A model generated the notes under the pieces. It searched no databases. It was given only the letters and a program-made list of their open reading frames with translations, and was not told the origin of the DNA. From assembly GCA_026706815.1 (NCBI GenBank), contig JAPOYA010000041.1, positions 102,500 through 166,499 on the forward strand: 64,000 nucleotides of DNA. Reading direction: 5' to 3'. The position numbers and the translations under genes were made by a program. How positions within the stretch are numbered: the first letter of the stretch is position 1; each line of letters opens with the position of its first letter. Shown in pieces: positions 1 to 9,654 of this stretch. This stretch comes from Acidimicrobiaceae bacterium (GTDB taxonomy: Bacteria > Actinomycetota > Acidimicrobiia > Acidimicrobiales > Aldehydirespiratoraceae).

Positions 1-3000
1 CTGGGATGAGCGAACCTCGCGGGCGATTGCGGCATCTGGCCTCGGCGTTGGAAGCGCGCTCTTCGGGGTGGCTGCCGATGGCCGAGTCTTTGCTGCCGAC
101 TGGTTGGGGTGGTCGCCTCTTGAACCGTTCTCGTTCAATGACGCATCGGTGGATTTGGCGATCGTTGCGCTGCTGCTTCCGGCCGCGGTCGGCGCGCTTG
201 TCTGGTCTGCTGTGGCTTCGGTTGAGCGTTGGCGAGCCGCCATCACTGCGGGCGCGGTTGTCGCGACGATTCTGGCCGTTCCGATTCCGTACGGCGTGGC
301 CATGAAGTTGGTCGTGATCGCGGGAATCGTTGCACTTCCGGTTTCGGCTTATGTTGCTGGGCGTTTGGGCGGTTTGGCATTTCCGGGGCCCGCGCTGCTG
401 TCGTTGATGACACTGCCGTTTATTTTCGACCGCTCGTTCAACATCTACGGCGGGAATCTGATGTCGACGATGGCCGGCGAGTTCGCTTACAGCCTCGCCT
501 TGGCGGTTGCTCTGCTGTTCATCGGGTTCGCGGCGCGGGGACTGGGCAGTGGTCGAGACCGCGGTGTGGCCGCGGTGTTGCTGGCATTGACTGGTCTTCT
601 GCACTTGTTCGCAGCGTTTTTCGCTCTGGTCGCGTTGTTCGCGATGCTGCTGGTACGGGTCGGCCGGAGCGACATCGCCTGGACGGCGGTCGTGGGCCCT
701 CTCGCCGCGTTGCTGTCGGCGTTCTGGGTGTTGCCCTTTGCGTGGAATGTCCCGTACCTCAACGACATGGGCTGGGGCAAGGAACGCCGCTATGCCGCGG
801 CTCTCTGGCATCGTGGCGACAACCTCGGCAATCAGGATTTTCTTGTCAACGACCTGCCGTTGCAAGTGTTCGTTGTTCTCGCGGTCGCCGGTGCGGTGAT
901 CTGCGCGGTGCGCCGGGTTCGCTTCGGACTCGTGGTGAGCGTCGTGGCGGCGATCTTCGCGGTTGCTTTTGTTCTGCTTCCCGAGAGTCGGCTCTGGAAC
1001 GTGCGGATTCTGCCGTTCTATTACTTGTCTGTCTACCTGATGGCCGGTATTGCCGTCGCAGAATTCAGTCGACTCGGAGTTCGCATGCTCCTGGGAGGGC
1101 GCGCCGATTCTCCGGCGGCTCCAGCGCTTGCAGCATCTGGGGAGTCCGGGCTGGTCGAGGGGTCTGAGGAGGTTGGGCGGGTCGGGGATTCCGACCCCGC
1201 GGTTTGGGCTGCGGTTCCTGCGGGGCTGTTCACGGCGTTGATCCTGATAGTCCTGGCGTTCCCGCTCAGGTCCGTGCCTTTCGCCACGAGCTTTCAGAGA
1301 GTCGATGCCGCTGGCGAGGTCAAGAATCTCTACGGTTTTTCGAGCGTTTTCGGGATTGAGTCCGTGGGCGGGTGGGACGGATTCGCCACTGACCAGTTCA
1401 ACCATGGTCCCGGTTGGGTGAGGTACAACTTCACGGGTTACGAACAGAAGTCGGGAACTGTCGAATACAACGAGTTGGTGTCGACCATGGCCGGGGTCGG
1501 TGAGGAGTTCGGGTGCGGGCGCTCGCTCTGGGAGTTCGAGCGCGACCGTCTCGGGACCTATGGCACGACGATGGCGCCGATGCTGCTGCCTCACTGGACC
1601 GACGGTTGCATCGGCTCGATGGAGGGTCTCTATTTCGAGGCGTCAGCTACCACCCCCTACCACTTCCTGCTCCAGTCAGAGCTTTCTGCCAGACCGTCGC
1701 GAGCCCAACGTGATCTGCCCTATTCAGGTCTCGACGTCGAGAGAGGCTTGGCTGGGCTGCAGACGTTGGGTGTGCGCTACTACCTCGCTGTGTCGGAGTC
1801 GGCGATTGCGCAGGCTCGTGAAATCGAAGCGTTCGAGGAGATCGCCATCAGCGGGCCTTGGGTCGTGTTCCTGGTTGAAGGCCAACAGACCGCGGTCGGC
1901 CTTGAGCAATCGCCGGTTGTGATCGAGGGGTTGGACGCGGGGGGCGAGGAGTGGCTCGTGCCGACCGCCGCGGCTTGGGAAGCCGCCGAGGACATCCCCT
2001 TGATCGCTGCGGACGGGCCTGATGGCTGGCCGCGCATGTCGCTTGATGATCTGGCTCGTGAAAACGTTGGTTTCGCGTCTGCTGCAGAGAGCGGCGACCG
2101 GGTGTCGGAGATGCGCGCGCTGGCGGCGGCATTGCCTGATTGGTTGCCGCGTGAGCCGGTCGAGCCGGCACAAGTCGCCGACCTTGCCGTCGACAACGAT
2201 TCGATCAGCTTCACTGTCGACAGGATTGGAACTCCGGTGCTGGTGCGAGCCAGTTATTTCCCGAACTGGACGGCGGCGGGCGCCGATGGGCCGTTCCGGG
2301 TGGCTCCCAATCTGATGGTCGTCGTACCAGCAGAGTCGTCGGTGGAGTTGAGCTACACTCGCTCGCCGGTGGAATGGGTCGGGCTGTTCGCGACCCTGCT
2401 CGGGGTCGCTCTGCTTGTGGTTGCGACCCACCGGAGGCGGGAAGGCTCTGGCGTCGGCTCGGCGCCTTTCTGGGATTTCGGCGGGCCTCGTGCGGCAGGA
2501 TCCACCGCGCCGAGCACCTGCGATGATGCGGTCGATCAGGCGGGTATGCCGGCGGCTGTTGAAGCAGCTGCTGCCAGTGATTCGAGGTTGTCGGTTGTGG
2601 TGCCTGCGTTCTGCGAAGCGCACCGGATCGCAACGACGATCTCAGAGATACGCGCTCAGCTGGCCCCTCTTGACGAGGCTGGAGATCTGGAGATAGTGGT
2701 GGTTGACGACGGGTCGACCGACGAGACTGCCCGTGTCGCTCGTGATGGCGGCGCTGATCTTGTCGTCGAATTGCCGATGAATCGAGGCAAAGGCGCGGCG
2801 GTGAGGGCAGGGGTGCTGGCGAGCAGGGGCCGCACGGTGGCTTTCACCGACGCGGATCTCGCTTACTCACCCGATCATCTGCTGCTGATGCTCGTCACGG
2901 TGGAGGCCGGTTGTGACGTTGTGATCGGCAATCGCTACGCCGAGGACTCCGTCGCCCATGGCAGGGTTTCGGGTGTGCGCCGTCTGGGCAGCCGAATGGT

Positions 3001-3355
3001 GAACTTGTTTGCCCGGATGCTGTTGTCGGTCAGTTATCGAGACACCCAGTGCGGTTGCAAGGCGTTCCGCTCCAGCGCGGCCAAGACTCTGATGAGATCC
3101 GGGCAGATCGACGGCTTCGCATTCGACATCGAAGTGCTCTTTCTCGCCGAGCGCCGCGGATTCTCCATCGCTGAAGTCCCCGTAACGGTCGTGAACAGCG
3201 AGTCCTCGACAGTTCGGACGTGGAGCGACGGAATCCGGGTCGCGCGTGATGTCGCCTCGATCCGACGACTCGGCAGAAGCGGGCATTACGCGCCCGTCGC
3301 CGAAGATCTGTCACCTCCTGTCGAGCAGTCGTCGACTGAAGGCCCTCATGCGTAG
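1..3355 (+). CDS. Multi-pass membrane protein (PTPS-related / GT-C-like) fused to a C-terminal GT2 polyprenol-phosphate glycosyltransferase; 5' end probably outside the window
   Basis: Frame is open from position 2. About 12 hydrophobic segments, then an extracytoplasmic domain. C-terminal GT2 motifs VVVPAF, VVVDDGSTD, NRGKGAAVRAG, FTDADL, DTQCGCKAF, GFAFDIE. Confidence 0.8.
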   Translation, partial: WDERTSRAIAASGLGVGSALFGVAADGRVFAADWLGWSPLEPFSFNDASVDLAIVALLLPAAVGALVWSAVASVERWRAAITAGAVVATILAVPIPYGVAMKLVVIAGIVALPVSAYVAGRLGGLAFPGPALLSLMTLPFIFDRSFNIYGGNLMSTMAGEFAYSLALAVALLFIGFAARGLGSGRDRGVAAVLLALTGLLHLFAAFFALVALFAMLLVRVGRSDIAWTAVVGPLAALLSAFWVLPFAWNVPYLNDMGWGKERRYAAALWHRGDNLGNQDFLVNDLPLQVFVVLAVAGAVICAVRRVRFGLVVSVVAAIFAVAFVLLPESRLWNVRILPFYYLSVYLMAGIAVAEFSRLGVRMLLGGRADSPAAPALAASGESGLVEGSEEVGRVGDSDPAVWAAVPAGLFTALILIVLAFPLRSVPFATSFQRVDAAGEVKNLYGFSSVFGIESVGGWDGFATDQFNHGPGWVRYNFTGYEQKSGTVEYNELVSTMAGVGEEFGCGRSLWEFERDRLGTYGTTMAPMLLPHWTDGCIGSMEGLYFEASATTPYHFLLQSELSARPSRAQRDLPYSGLDVERGLAGLQTLGVRYYLAVSESAIAQAREIEAFEEIAISGPWVVFLVEGQQTAVGLEQSPVVIEGLDAGGEEWLVPTAAAWEAAEDIPLIAADGPDGWPRMSLDDLARENVGFASAAESGDRVSEMRALAAALPDWLPREPVEPAQVADLAVDNDSISFTVDRIGTPVLVRASYFPNWTAAGADGPFRVAPNLMVVVPAESSVELSYTRSPVEWVGLFATLLGVALLVVATHRRREGSGVGSAPFWDFGGPRAAGSTAPSTCDDAVDQAGMPAAVEAAAASDSRLSVVVPAFCEAHRIATTISEIRAQLAPLDEAGDLEIVVVDDGSTDETARVARDGGADLVVELPMNRGKGAAVRAGVLASRGRTVAFTDADLAYSPDHLLLMLVTVEAGCDVVIGNRYAEDSVAHGRVSGVRRLGSRMVNLFARMLLSVSYRDTQCGCKAFRSSAAKTLMRSGQIDGFAFDIEVLFLAERRGFSIAEVPVTVVNSESSTVRTWSDGIRVARDVASIRRLGRSGHYAPVAEDLSPPVEQSSTEGPHA

Positions 3356-3364
3356 ACTCTCCAC

Positions 3365-4291
3365 ATGGCAGATGATGATGTTCCCGAAGGAGCCGCTGAG
3401 GATCCCGCCGATTCCGAAGCCGGCAACGATGGTGCTGTTGGGGGCGGCAATGGCGCTGACCGAGTGGATATTCCGCCCCAATCAGAGGAGCCGGCACAGA
3501 AGAATGACGACGGCAACGATCCGCTGACTCCTCACCGCGCAGCCAAGGTGGCCGGAATCGTTGTCGCCGCTGTGCTTGTTTGCGCAGCGGTTGTGGTCGC
3601 TGCTGTGTGGGCCGTCTCCGCGATCGTCGATGAGGACGACGACGATCCTCGGCCTGAACGCGCCTCTCCCGCTGCCCTCACCGGCGACTATTACGACGAC
3701 GGCAATGATGACGGCAGCGAAGGCGACGATCACCGGCGCGGCCACAAAGGTCGACGAACCGATGACGATCGATGGGAGTGGCACAGGAAGGAACGCTTCT
3801 CGGACTCGGATTCTTGGAGTGGCCCCCAGTGTGATGACGCCGCCTGCAAGGTGCCTGGATTCGGAGCGCACCGCGGGCCGATCGTGGTTCTGGTAGTTCC
3901 CGGGATCGGTTCGGGATTATGGGGCGCCGACGGCGGTTTTGGCTTCGGTGAACTTGGAGGCAGCCTGCCCGGCCTGCTGCCGGAAGCACTCCCGTTCTTG
4001 GAACGGGAAGGTCGGTTCGGCGAGCAGCGATGGCCGAGGGAGCCGTGGTTCGGCGGGCAGCAATGGCCGGGCTTCGATGAGCAGCAATGGCCGAGCGAGT
4101 CGGAATTCGAGGGATTCTTCGGAGGGATCGCGCCTGAGAGTCTGGGTGAGGGGTTCTTAGAGGACCCTGCGAGCCTCTTGGAGGGCCTTCTTGAAGGAAT
4201 GAACCTTGAAGTTCCAGAGTTGAACGAGTCGGACAACACGGCGTATCACGACGAAGCACCTCGAGCAGCCGAGAATCTGCTCTCAACTTGA
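3365..4291 (+). CDS. Hypothetical single-pass membrane protein, acidic and low-complexity
   Basis: 308-aa ORF with one TM segment (VAGIVVAAVLVCAAVVVAAVWAV); TAGACT -10 box 6 nt before ATG. Confidence 0.6.
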   Translation: MADDDVPEGAAEDPADSEAGNDGAVGGGNGADRVDIPPQSEEPAQKNDDGNDPLTPHRAAKVAGIVVAAVLVCAAVVVAAVWAVSAIVDEDDDDPRPERASPAALTGDYYDDGNDDGSEGDDHRRGHKGRRTDDDRWEWHRKERFSDSDSWSGPQCDDAACKVPGFGAHRGPIVVLVVPGIGSGLWGADGGFGFGELGGSLPGLLPEALPFLEREGRFGEQRWPREPWFGGQQWPGFDEQQWPSESEFEGFFGGIAPESLGEGFLEDPASLLEGLLEGMNLEVPELNESDNTAYHDEAPRAAENLLST

Positions 4292-4392
4292 CCGTTCACC
4301 TCTGACCGGTGAGTTCACCGGACGGCGACTCCACCGGGCGCGTTTGCTTCTCGTCGTGACGGAGCTTTCAGCCTCGGCTAGTGTCGAGCACT

Positions 4393-5229
4393 ATGGATGA
4401 GCTGCTGACTCCTATTGAGTCAGAATCCTCAGAGCAGGCGTTCGCAAAGCCCAAGAAGATGAAGACGAAGGAATACAACCGCGAGTTGGCCCGTCTGCAA
4501 GAGGAACTAGTGCGGCTGCAGCGCTGGATCCGCCACAAGGGCCTCAAGGTGGTGGTCGTCTTCGAAGGTCGTGACGCGGCCGGCAAGGGAGGGGTTATCA
4601 AGCGGATCACCGAACGCCTCAACCCCCGGGTGGCTCGGGTTGTCGCCCTCGGCACGCCGAGCGACCGCGAGAAGACCCAGTGGTGGTTCCAGCGGTACGT
4701 GGCGGAGCTGCCCGCCGCGGGGGAGATGGTGCTGTTCGATCGCAGTTGGTACAACCGCGGTCTTGTCGAGCCGGTCATGGGGTACTGCACCGATGAGGAG
4801 TACCGCGAGTTCCTTCGCTCATGCCCCGGGTTCGAGCGCATGTTGGTGAGGTCGGGCATCATCTTGATCAAGTACTGGTTCTCGGTGAGCGACGCCGAAC
4901 AGGAGCGTCGCTTTCAGAGTCGGATCTCTGATCCGGTCAGGCGCTGGAAGTTGTCACCGGTCGACTTGGAGGGCCGGTCACGCTGGGTCGACTTCTCAAA
5001 AGCCAAGGACACGTTGTTCGAGCACACCGATATCAAGCAGGCCCCCTGGTATGTGGTCAATGCCGACTCCAAGAAAAGGGCCCGGTTGAACTGCATCTCC
5101 CACTTGCTGTCGCAAATCCCCTACGAGACGGTCCCGTGGGAGGACGTCGAGCTGCCCGAGAGGCAGTCGGCGTCGGGTTATGTGAGACCGCCGATCTCGG
5201 ATCAGACGTTCGTTCCCGAGAGATACTGA
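4393..5229 (+). CDS. ppk2: Polyphosphate kinase 2
   Basis: EGRDAAGKGG Walker A, FDRSWYNR, RWKLSPVD. Start may instead be GTG 4381. Confidence 0.95.
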   Translation: MDELLTPIESESSEQAFAKPKKMKTKEYNRELARLQEELVRLQRWIRHKGLKVVVVFEGRDAAGKGGVIKRITERLNPRVARVVALGTPSDREKTQWWFQRYVAELPAAGEMVLFDRSWYNRGLVEPVMGYCTDEEYREFLRSCPGFERMLVRSGIILIKYWFSVSDAEQERRFQSRISDPVRRWKLSPVDLEGRSRWVDFSKAKDTLFEHTDIKQAPWYVVNADSKKRARLNCISHLLSQIPYETVPWEDVELPERQSASGYVRPPISDQTFVPERY

Positions 5230-5286
5230 GCGCAGCCTTTCACCCCAGTGCGCCCGTGTAGCTGCGCATGTTCTAAATTGCGCTGG

Positions 5287-6630
5287 GTGGGCACGGATTT
5301 CGACGCGATCTTCAAGGCTTATGACGTCCGCGGCACTGTCCCGGACCAGTTCGACGCGAACGGCGCGAAAGCTATTGGCGGGGCGTTTGCACGGTTCGTC
5401 CGGGCTAGGGGGAGCCGGTCGATTCTGGTCGGCCGTGACATGCGGCCCGAGGGGGAGGAGATGGCGGCGGCCTTCGCCGACGGAGCGTTGGACCACGGAA
5501 TCGATGTGGTTGACGTCGGGTTGTGCGCGACCGACATGATGTACTACGGGTCGGGGCACTTGGGCATTCCGGGGGCGGTTCTCACTGCCTCGCACAACCC
5601 GGCGGGCTACAACGGAATCAAGATGTGCCTCTCCCACGCCGTGCCCATCGGCGCTGGCGCCGGGCTCGGCGAGATCAAGCAGATAGCGATTTCCGGCCCT
5701 GATCCTATGGGCAAGCGGGGTTCTCTCACCCGACTCGACATCCTCGACGGCTATGTCGCCCATGTGCGCTCGTTCGTCGACGTCGATGCTCTTGAACCGC
5801 TGCGAGTGGTGGCCGACACGGCCAACGGGATGGGGGGGTTGACGGTCCCGCCGGTGTTCGCCGGGCTGCCCTTTGAACTCGACCACATGTATCCGGAGCT
5901 CGACGGCACATTCCCGAACCATCCGGCTGATCCCATCCAGCCTGAGAACTGCGAGGATCTCGCCGAAAGGGTGCTGCTCAACCGCGCGGACATCGGACTG
6001 GCCTTCGACGGCGACGCAGACCGGGTGTTCCTGATTGACGAGAACGCCCGGGCTGTGTCGGGGTCGTTGACGACCGCCATGGTCGCGCGCTCAATTCTGG
6101 CTCGTGAGCCGGGCGCAGTCATCGTCCACAACCTGATCTGCTCCAAGACCGTGCCGGAGGTGATCGCCGAGGGGAACGGCACGGCTGTGCGGACACGGGT
6201 CGGCCATTCGTTCATCAAGCAGGTGATGCTCGAGACTGGGGCGGTTTTCGGCGGTGAGCATTCAGGCCATTACTATTTCCGCGACAACTTCGGAGCCGAC
6301 AGCGGCCTGATTGCCGCATTGGTCGTGCTTGAAGCGTTGAGCAGGCATTCAGCAGGTCTTTCCGACCTCGTTTCGGCACTTGACCGTTATGCCGTCTCGG
6401 GTGAGATCAACACGAAGGCAGATGATCCGGCCGCGGTGATCGACAGGGTGGCCGCTGCTTTCGCCGGGGCCGAGCAGGATCGCATGGACGGCCTCACTGT
6501 CGACCTCGGAGACTGGTGGTTCAACCTGCGTCCGTCCAACACTGAGCCGCTGCTTCGCCTCAACCTCGAAGCAGGAGCCCAGGACGAAGTAGATCTCCGG
6601 GTGCAAGAAGTCCTGGCCCTGTTCGCCTAG
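5287..6630 (+). CDS. manB: Phosphomannomutase/phosphoglucomutase
   Basis: FKAYDVRG, TASHNP, FDGDADR, GGEHSGHYY, RPSNTEP; TAAATT -10 box 7 nt before GTG 5287. Confidence 0.93.
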   Translation: MGTDFDAIFKAYDVRGTVPDQFDANGAKAIGGAFARFVRARGSRSILVGRDMRPEGEEMAAAFADGALDHGIDVVDVGLCATDMMYYGSGHLGIPGAVLTASHNPAGYNGIKMCLSHAVPIGAGAGLGEIKQIAISGPDPMGKRGSLTRLDILDGYVAHVRSFVDVDALEPLRVVADTANGMGGLTVPPVFAGLPFELDHMYPELDGTFPNHPADPIQPENCEDLAERVLLNRADIGLAFDGDADRVFLIDENARAVSGSLTTAMVARSILAREPGAVIVHNLICSKTVPEVIAEGNGTAVRTRVGHSFIKQVMLETGAVFGGEHSGHYYFRDNFGADSGLIAALVVLEALSRHSAGLSDLVSALDRYAVSGEINTKADDPAAVIDRVAAAFAGAEQDRMDGLTVDLGDWWFNLRPSNTEPLLRLNLEAGAQDEVDLRVQEVLALFA

Positions 6631-6675
6631 CGCCCAAGCGTCTGTCAGCGCCCGGTTTCTGGTTGACTGGGAAAC

Positions 6676-6915
6676 ATGACCCTCGACATTCGCCTCCTTG
6701 AGATTCTGGCCTGCCCGATCGACCGCGGCCCGCTGCTCTATTTCGCCGACGAGGAAATGCTGTACAACCCGCGTCTTCAGAAGCGATATCGCATTCATGA
6801 AGGCGACATACCGGTGATGCTGCCCGAGGAGGCGAGCGATGTGGACGCTGAGGAGCATTCACGCCTGATGGCTGAAGCCGAAGCCGGGGGCGTCGCTTCG
6901 ACTTCTGGGGACTGA
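6676..6915 (+). CDS. Trm112-family protein
   Basis: LLEILACP...YRIHEGDIPVML pattern; usual position after manB in Actinobacteria. Confidence 0.9.
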   Translation: MTLDIRLLEILACPIDRGPLLYFADEEMLYNPRLQKRYRIHEGDIPVMLPEEASDVDAEEHSRLMAEAEAGGVASTSGD

Positions 6916-6927
6916 CTGCCTGGTGGC

Positions 6928-8100
6928 ATGGTGCTGATCGACGGCGTGGTCAAGAACTACGACTGGGGTTCGCTCACAGCGATCCCCGAGTTGCTGGGCA
7001 GACGCGCCACCGGTGAGCCTGTGGCGGAGTTGTGGTTCGGGGCTCACCCCTCGGGACCGGCAGTGCTGCGCGAGTCGAGCACTCCGCTCGATGAGCACAT
7101 AGGGGTCGACCCGGTCGCCGCCCTCGGCGCCGCGGTTGCCGATGAATTCGGTTCGCTTCCCTTCTTGCTGAAGGTGTTGGCTGCGGGGTCCCCGCTCTCA
7201 CTGCAAGTGCATCCGTCCACCGCGCAGGCTCGCGCGGGTTTCGAGCGGGAAGAGTCCCTGGGCATCGACCGCGACGGCGAGAACCGCTGTTTCCGTGATA
7301 GGCGGCACAAACCGGAGTTGATCTGCGCTCTGAGCGAGTTCAGCGCTCTTTGCGGTTTCCGCGAGCCGGCAGAGTCCCTTGAGCTGCTCGCCACGATCCC
7401 GACCGAGGCCCTTGATCCTGTCAGGGCCCGACTCGCTGCTGAGCCGTCGCCTGAGGGCGTCCGCGGCCTCCTGCAGTGGTTGCTGTCACAGAACGGGGAG
7501 TCCGCAGCTGCTCTGGTGGGGCCGGTGGTTGCGGCTTGCCGACGGGAGTCTTCGCTGCCGTTCGCGGCTGAGCGGGAGATGGTGGCGGAACTGGGCCGTC
7601 GGTATCGCCGTGACCCGGCGGTGGTGGTCGCACTGCTGTTGAACCTCGTGACGCTGCATCCGGGCGAGGCGATCTTCTTCGGGCCGGGCAGCCTGCACGC
7701 CTACCTGCGGGGAACGGGCGTGGAGCTGATGGCCAATTCCGACAATGTCGTGCGCGCCGGTTTGACGGCCAAGCACGTGGATGCGGTGACTCTTCTCGAC
7801 ATCGTCGACACGACGCCGATGACCGTTGATGTGCAGCGCCCGTCGGCCGTCGACGGCGTGGTCAGCTATCGAAGCCCTGTCCCGGAGTTCTCACTTCAGC
7901 GGTTTGACCTGAACGGCGAGATCCGGATCGAGCCGGGCCCCGCGATCCTGCTGTGCACATGGGGCCAAGCGCATGTTGAGGGCCGAGCCTCCCGACACCC
8001 CTTGGCGCGCGGCGAGGCAGTGTGGATGTCGGCCTGCGATGGGCCAGCCCGGTTGAACGGCGCCGCGACTGTGTTCCGCGCGGGCCTAGGTTGTTCATAA
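6928..8100 (+). CDS. manA: Mannose-6-phosphate isomerase, class I
   Basis: YDWGS, AELWFGAHP, LSLQVHP, HKPEL, HAYLRG, ANSDNVVRAGLT. Confidence 0.95.
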   Translation: MVLIDGVVKNYDWGSLTAIPELLGRRATGEPVAELWFGAHPSGPAVLRESSTPLDEHIGVDPVAALGAAVADEFGSLPFLLKVLAAGSPLSLQVHPSTAQARAGFEREESLGIDRDGENRCFRDRRHKPELICALSEFSALCGFREPAESLELLATIPTEALDPVRARLAAEPSPEGVRGLLQWLLSQNGESAAALVGPVVAACRRESSLPFAAEREMVAELGRRYRRDPAVVVALLLNLVTLHPGEAIFFGPGSLHAYLRGTGVELMANSDNVVRAGLTAKHVDAVTLLDIVDTTPMTVDVQRPSAVDGVVSYRSPVPEFSLQRFDLNGEIRIEPGPAILLCTWGQAHVEGRASRHPLARGEAVWMSACDGPARLNGAATVFRAGLGCS

Positions 8101-8155
8101 AATCTCGACCCGCGAGCCAGAAATTTTTTGTTGGTCCGGTACTTGCGCTGTTCTC

Positions 8156-9558
8156 GGGACTGTCAGTTTTTTTGTGTATCGGGCTGTGATGGTTTTCATT
8201 GGGTGTGGTCGGCGGTCCGGTCGCCGTGGTGGATAGTCGGGGTGTTGAGTGTGGTTTTCCAGCCGTTGGTCTTGCCGGTGGGGTTGGTGCGGTTCTTGTG
8301 TCGGGCGGTGGCGGCGGGGTAGAGGATCTTCATGGCTGCCTGCTCGTTGGGGAAGTGCCCTCGGTGCCGCACGGCTCTGCGGGGTCTGGCGTTGGGGCTC
8401 TCGACGGCGTTGGCAGTGCACGATCCGGCGAAGCTCCGATGGGAACTCCAGGAACGGTGTGAACTCGTGCCAGGCGTTGCGCCAGGCGCGGATCATAGCG
8501 GGGTAGGTGTGTTCCCGGTGCTGGGCGGACGCCTCGAGGGAGGCTTCGGCGGCCTCGACGGTGGGGGCTGTGCAGATCTCGCGCGTGGACTTCGTGGTCG
8601 GCCCCCGGTGCTTCTTGGACGCGTAGCGCAGGCTGTCGCGGGCCGTGTGCGCCACACAGGTCCGCGCCGTGGCTTGGGGCCAGGTGGCGCGTATCGACTC
8701 GGGCAGGCCCCGCAGCCCGTCGCAGCACACGATCAGCGCGTCGGCGAGGCCCCGGTCGCGCAGTTCTGTGAGCATCGTCGCCCGCTGCTTGGCGCCCTCG
8801 CCGCCAGACGGGCCCGGCCACAGCCCCAACACGTCCCGACCGCCGGCGGGATCGACGCCGACGGCGACGTAGACGGGCCGGTCGGCGACCTGGGCGTCGC
8901 GGGCCTTGACGGCGATCGCGTCGATCAACAACACCGGATAAACGGGCTCGGGGGGCCGGTTCTGCCACACCGCCATATCGGCTGTGGTCTCGTCGGCGGT
9001 CTTCGAGATCGTCTCGCGGCCCGCCGAGGTGTCATAGATCTCCGCTAGGCGCGCCTGGATCTCCCCGGTCGTGAGACCCTTCGCGTGCAGGCTGATCACA
9101 TTCCCTGTCAGCCCGTCGAGGCGGCGGCGGTGCTCGGGCGCCGTCACCGGCTCGAACGTGCCCGCCCGGTCACGAGGCGCCCGCAGACCGGCCTCGCCGA
9201 TCCCGGTGGCGGCCCGCTTGGGCGAAGAACCGTTGCGCGAGTTCGCCGTCCCGCGGCCCTCCACCGCGCGGCGCCCATAACCGAGATGCTCAGACATCTC
9301 GACCTCCGAACCACATTGGAGCACCTGGCGCACCAGCCCCGTCAACAGCCCGCCGTCGCCGGTGAGCTCAACGCCCCCGCTGCGCGCTCTAGCGACCAGC
9401 AGCTCAGCCCAGTCCCTCATCTCCGCCTCACCAACAGAGCCGTTCGCCGGCAACACCGGCAGATCATGACCAGCCACAGACATGACCCCTTCCCGGCCCA
9501 CAGCATCTGGCCGCGGACCCTCAGACCACGCCCGATACACAAAATTTCTGACAGGCCC
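8156..9558 (-). mobile_element. IS256-family insertion sequence, degenerate
   Basis: Imperfect 29-bp terminal inverted repeats: GGGACTGTCAGTTTTTTTGTGTATCGGGC (8156-8184) and reverse complement GGGCCTGTCAGAAATTTTGTGTATCGGGC (9530-9558). They enclose an IS256 transposase. No target duplication seen. Confidence 0.9.
8196..9483 (-). pseudogene. IS256-family transposase, frameshifted near 8417 and heavily substituted
   Basis: NSRNG, PRDRAGTFEP, LIDAI, CCDGLRGL and CxxH motifs. After RRIVH the family-like text continues in another frame (ANAVESPNARPRRAVRHRGHFPNEQAAMKILY...) to TGA at 8196-8198. Confidence 0.9.
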
Positions 9559-9654
9559 TATGACAACAGATGGACCAAACACAAGGGGACAGGCCAATGG
9601 CGCGAGTCGTCGCTTGACAAGGAACTGAACCGAGGGTCGAGAGGCTTCGGAAGG

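Noticed and set aside
8095..9597. 500-aa intact transposase as given in the ORF track
   Set aside because: It starts and ends outside the inverted repeats and is out of the family frame after about 8417, so it is treated as a pseudogene.
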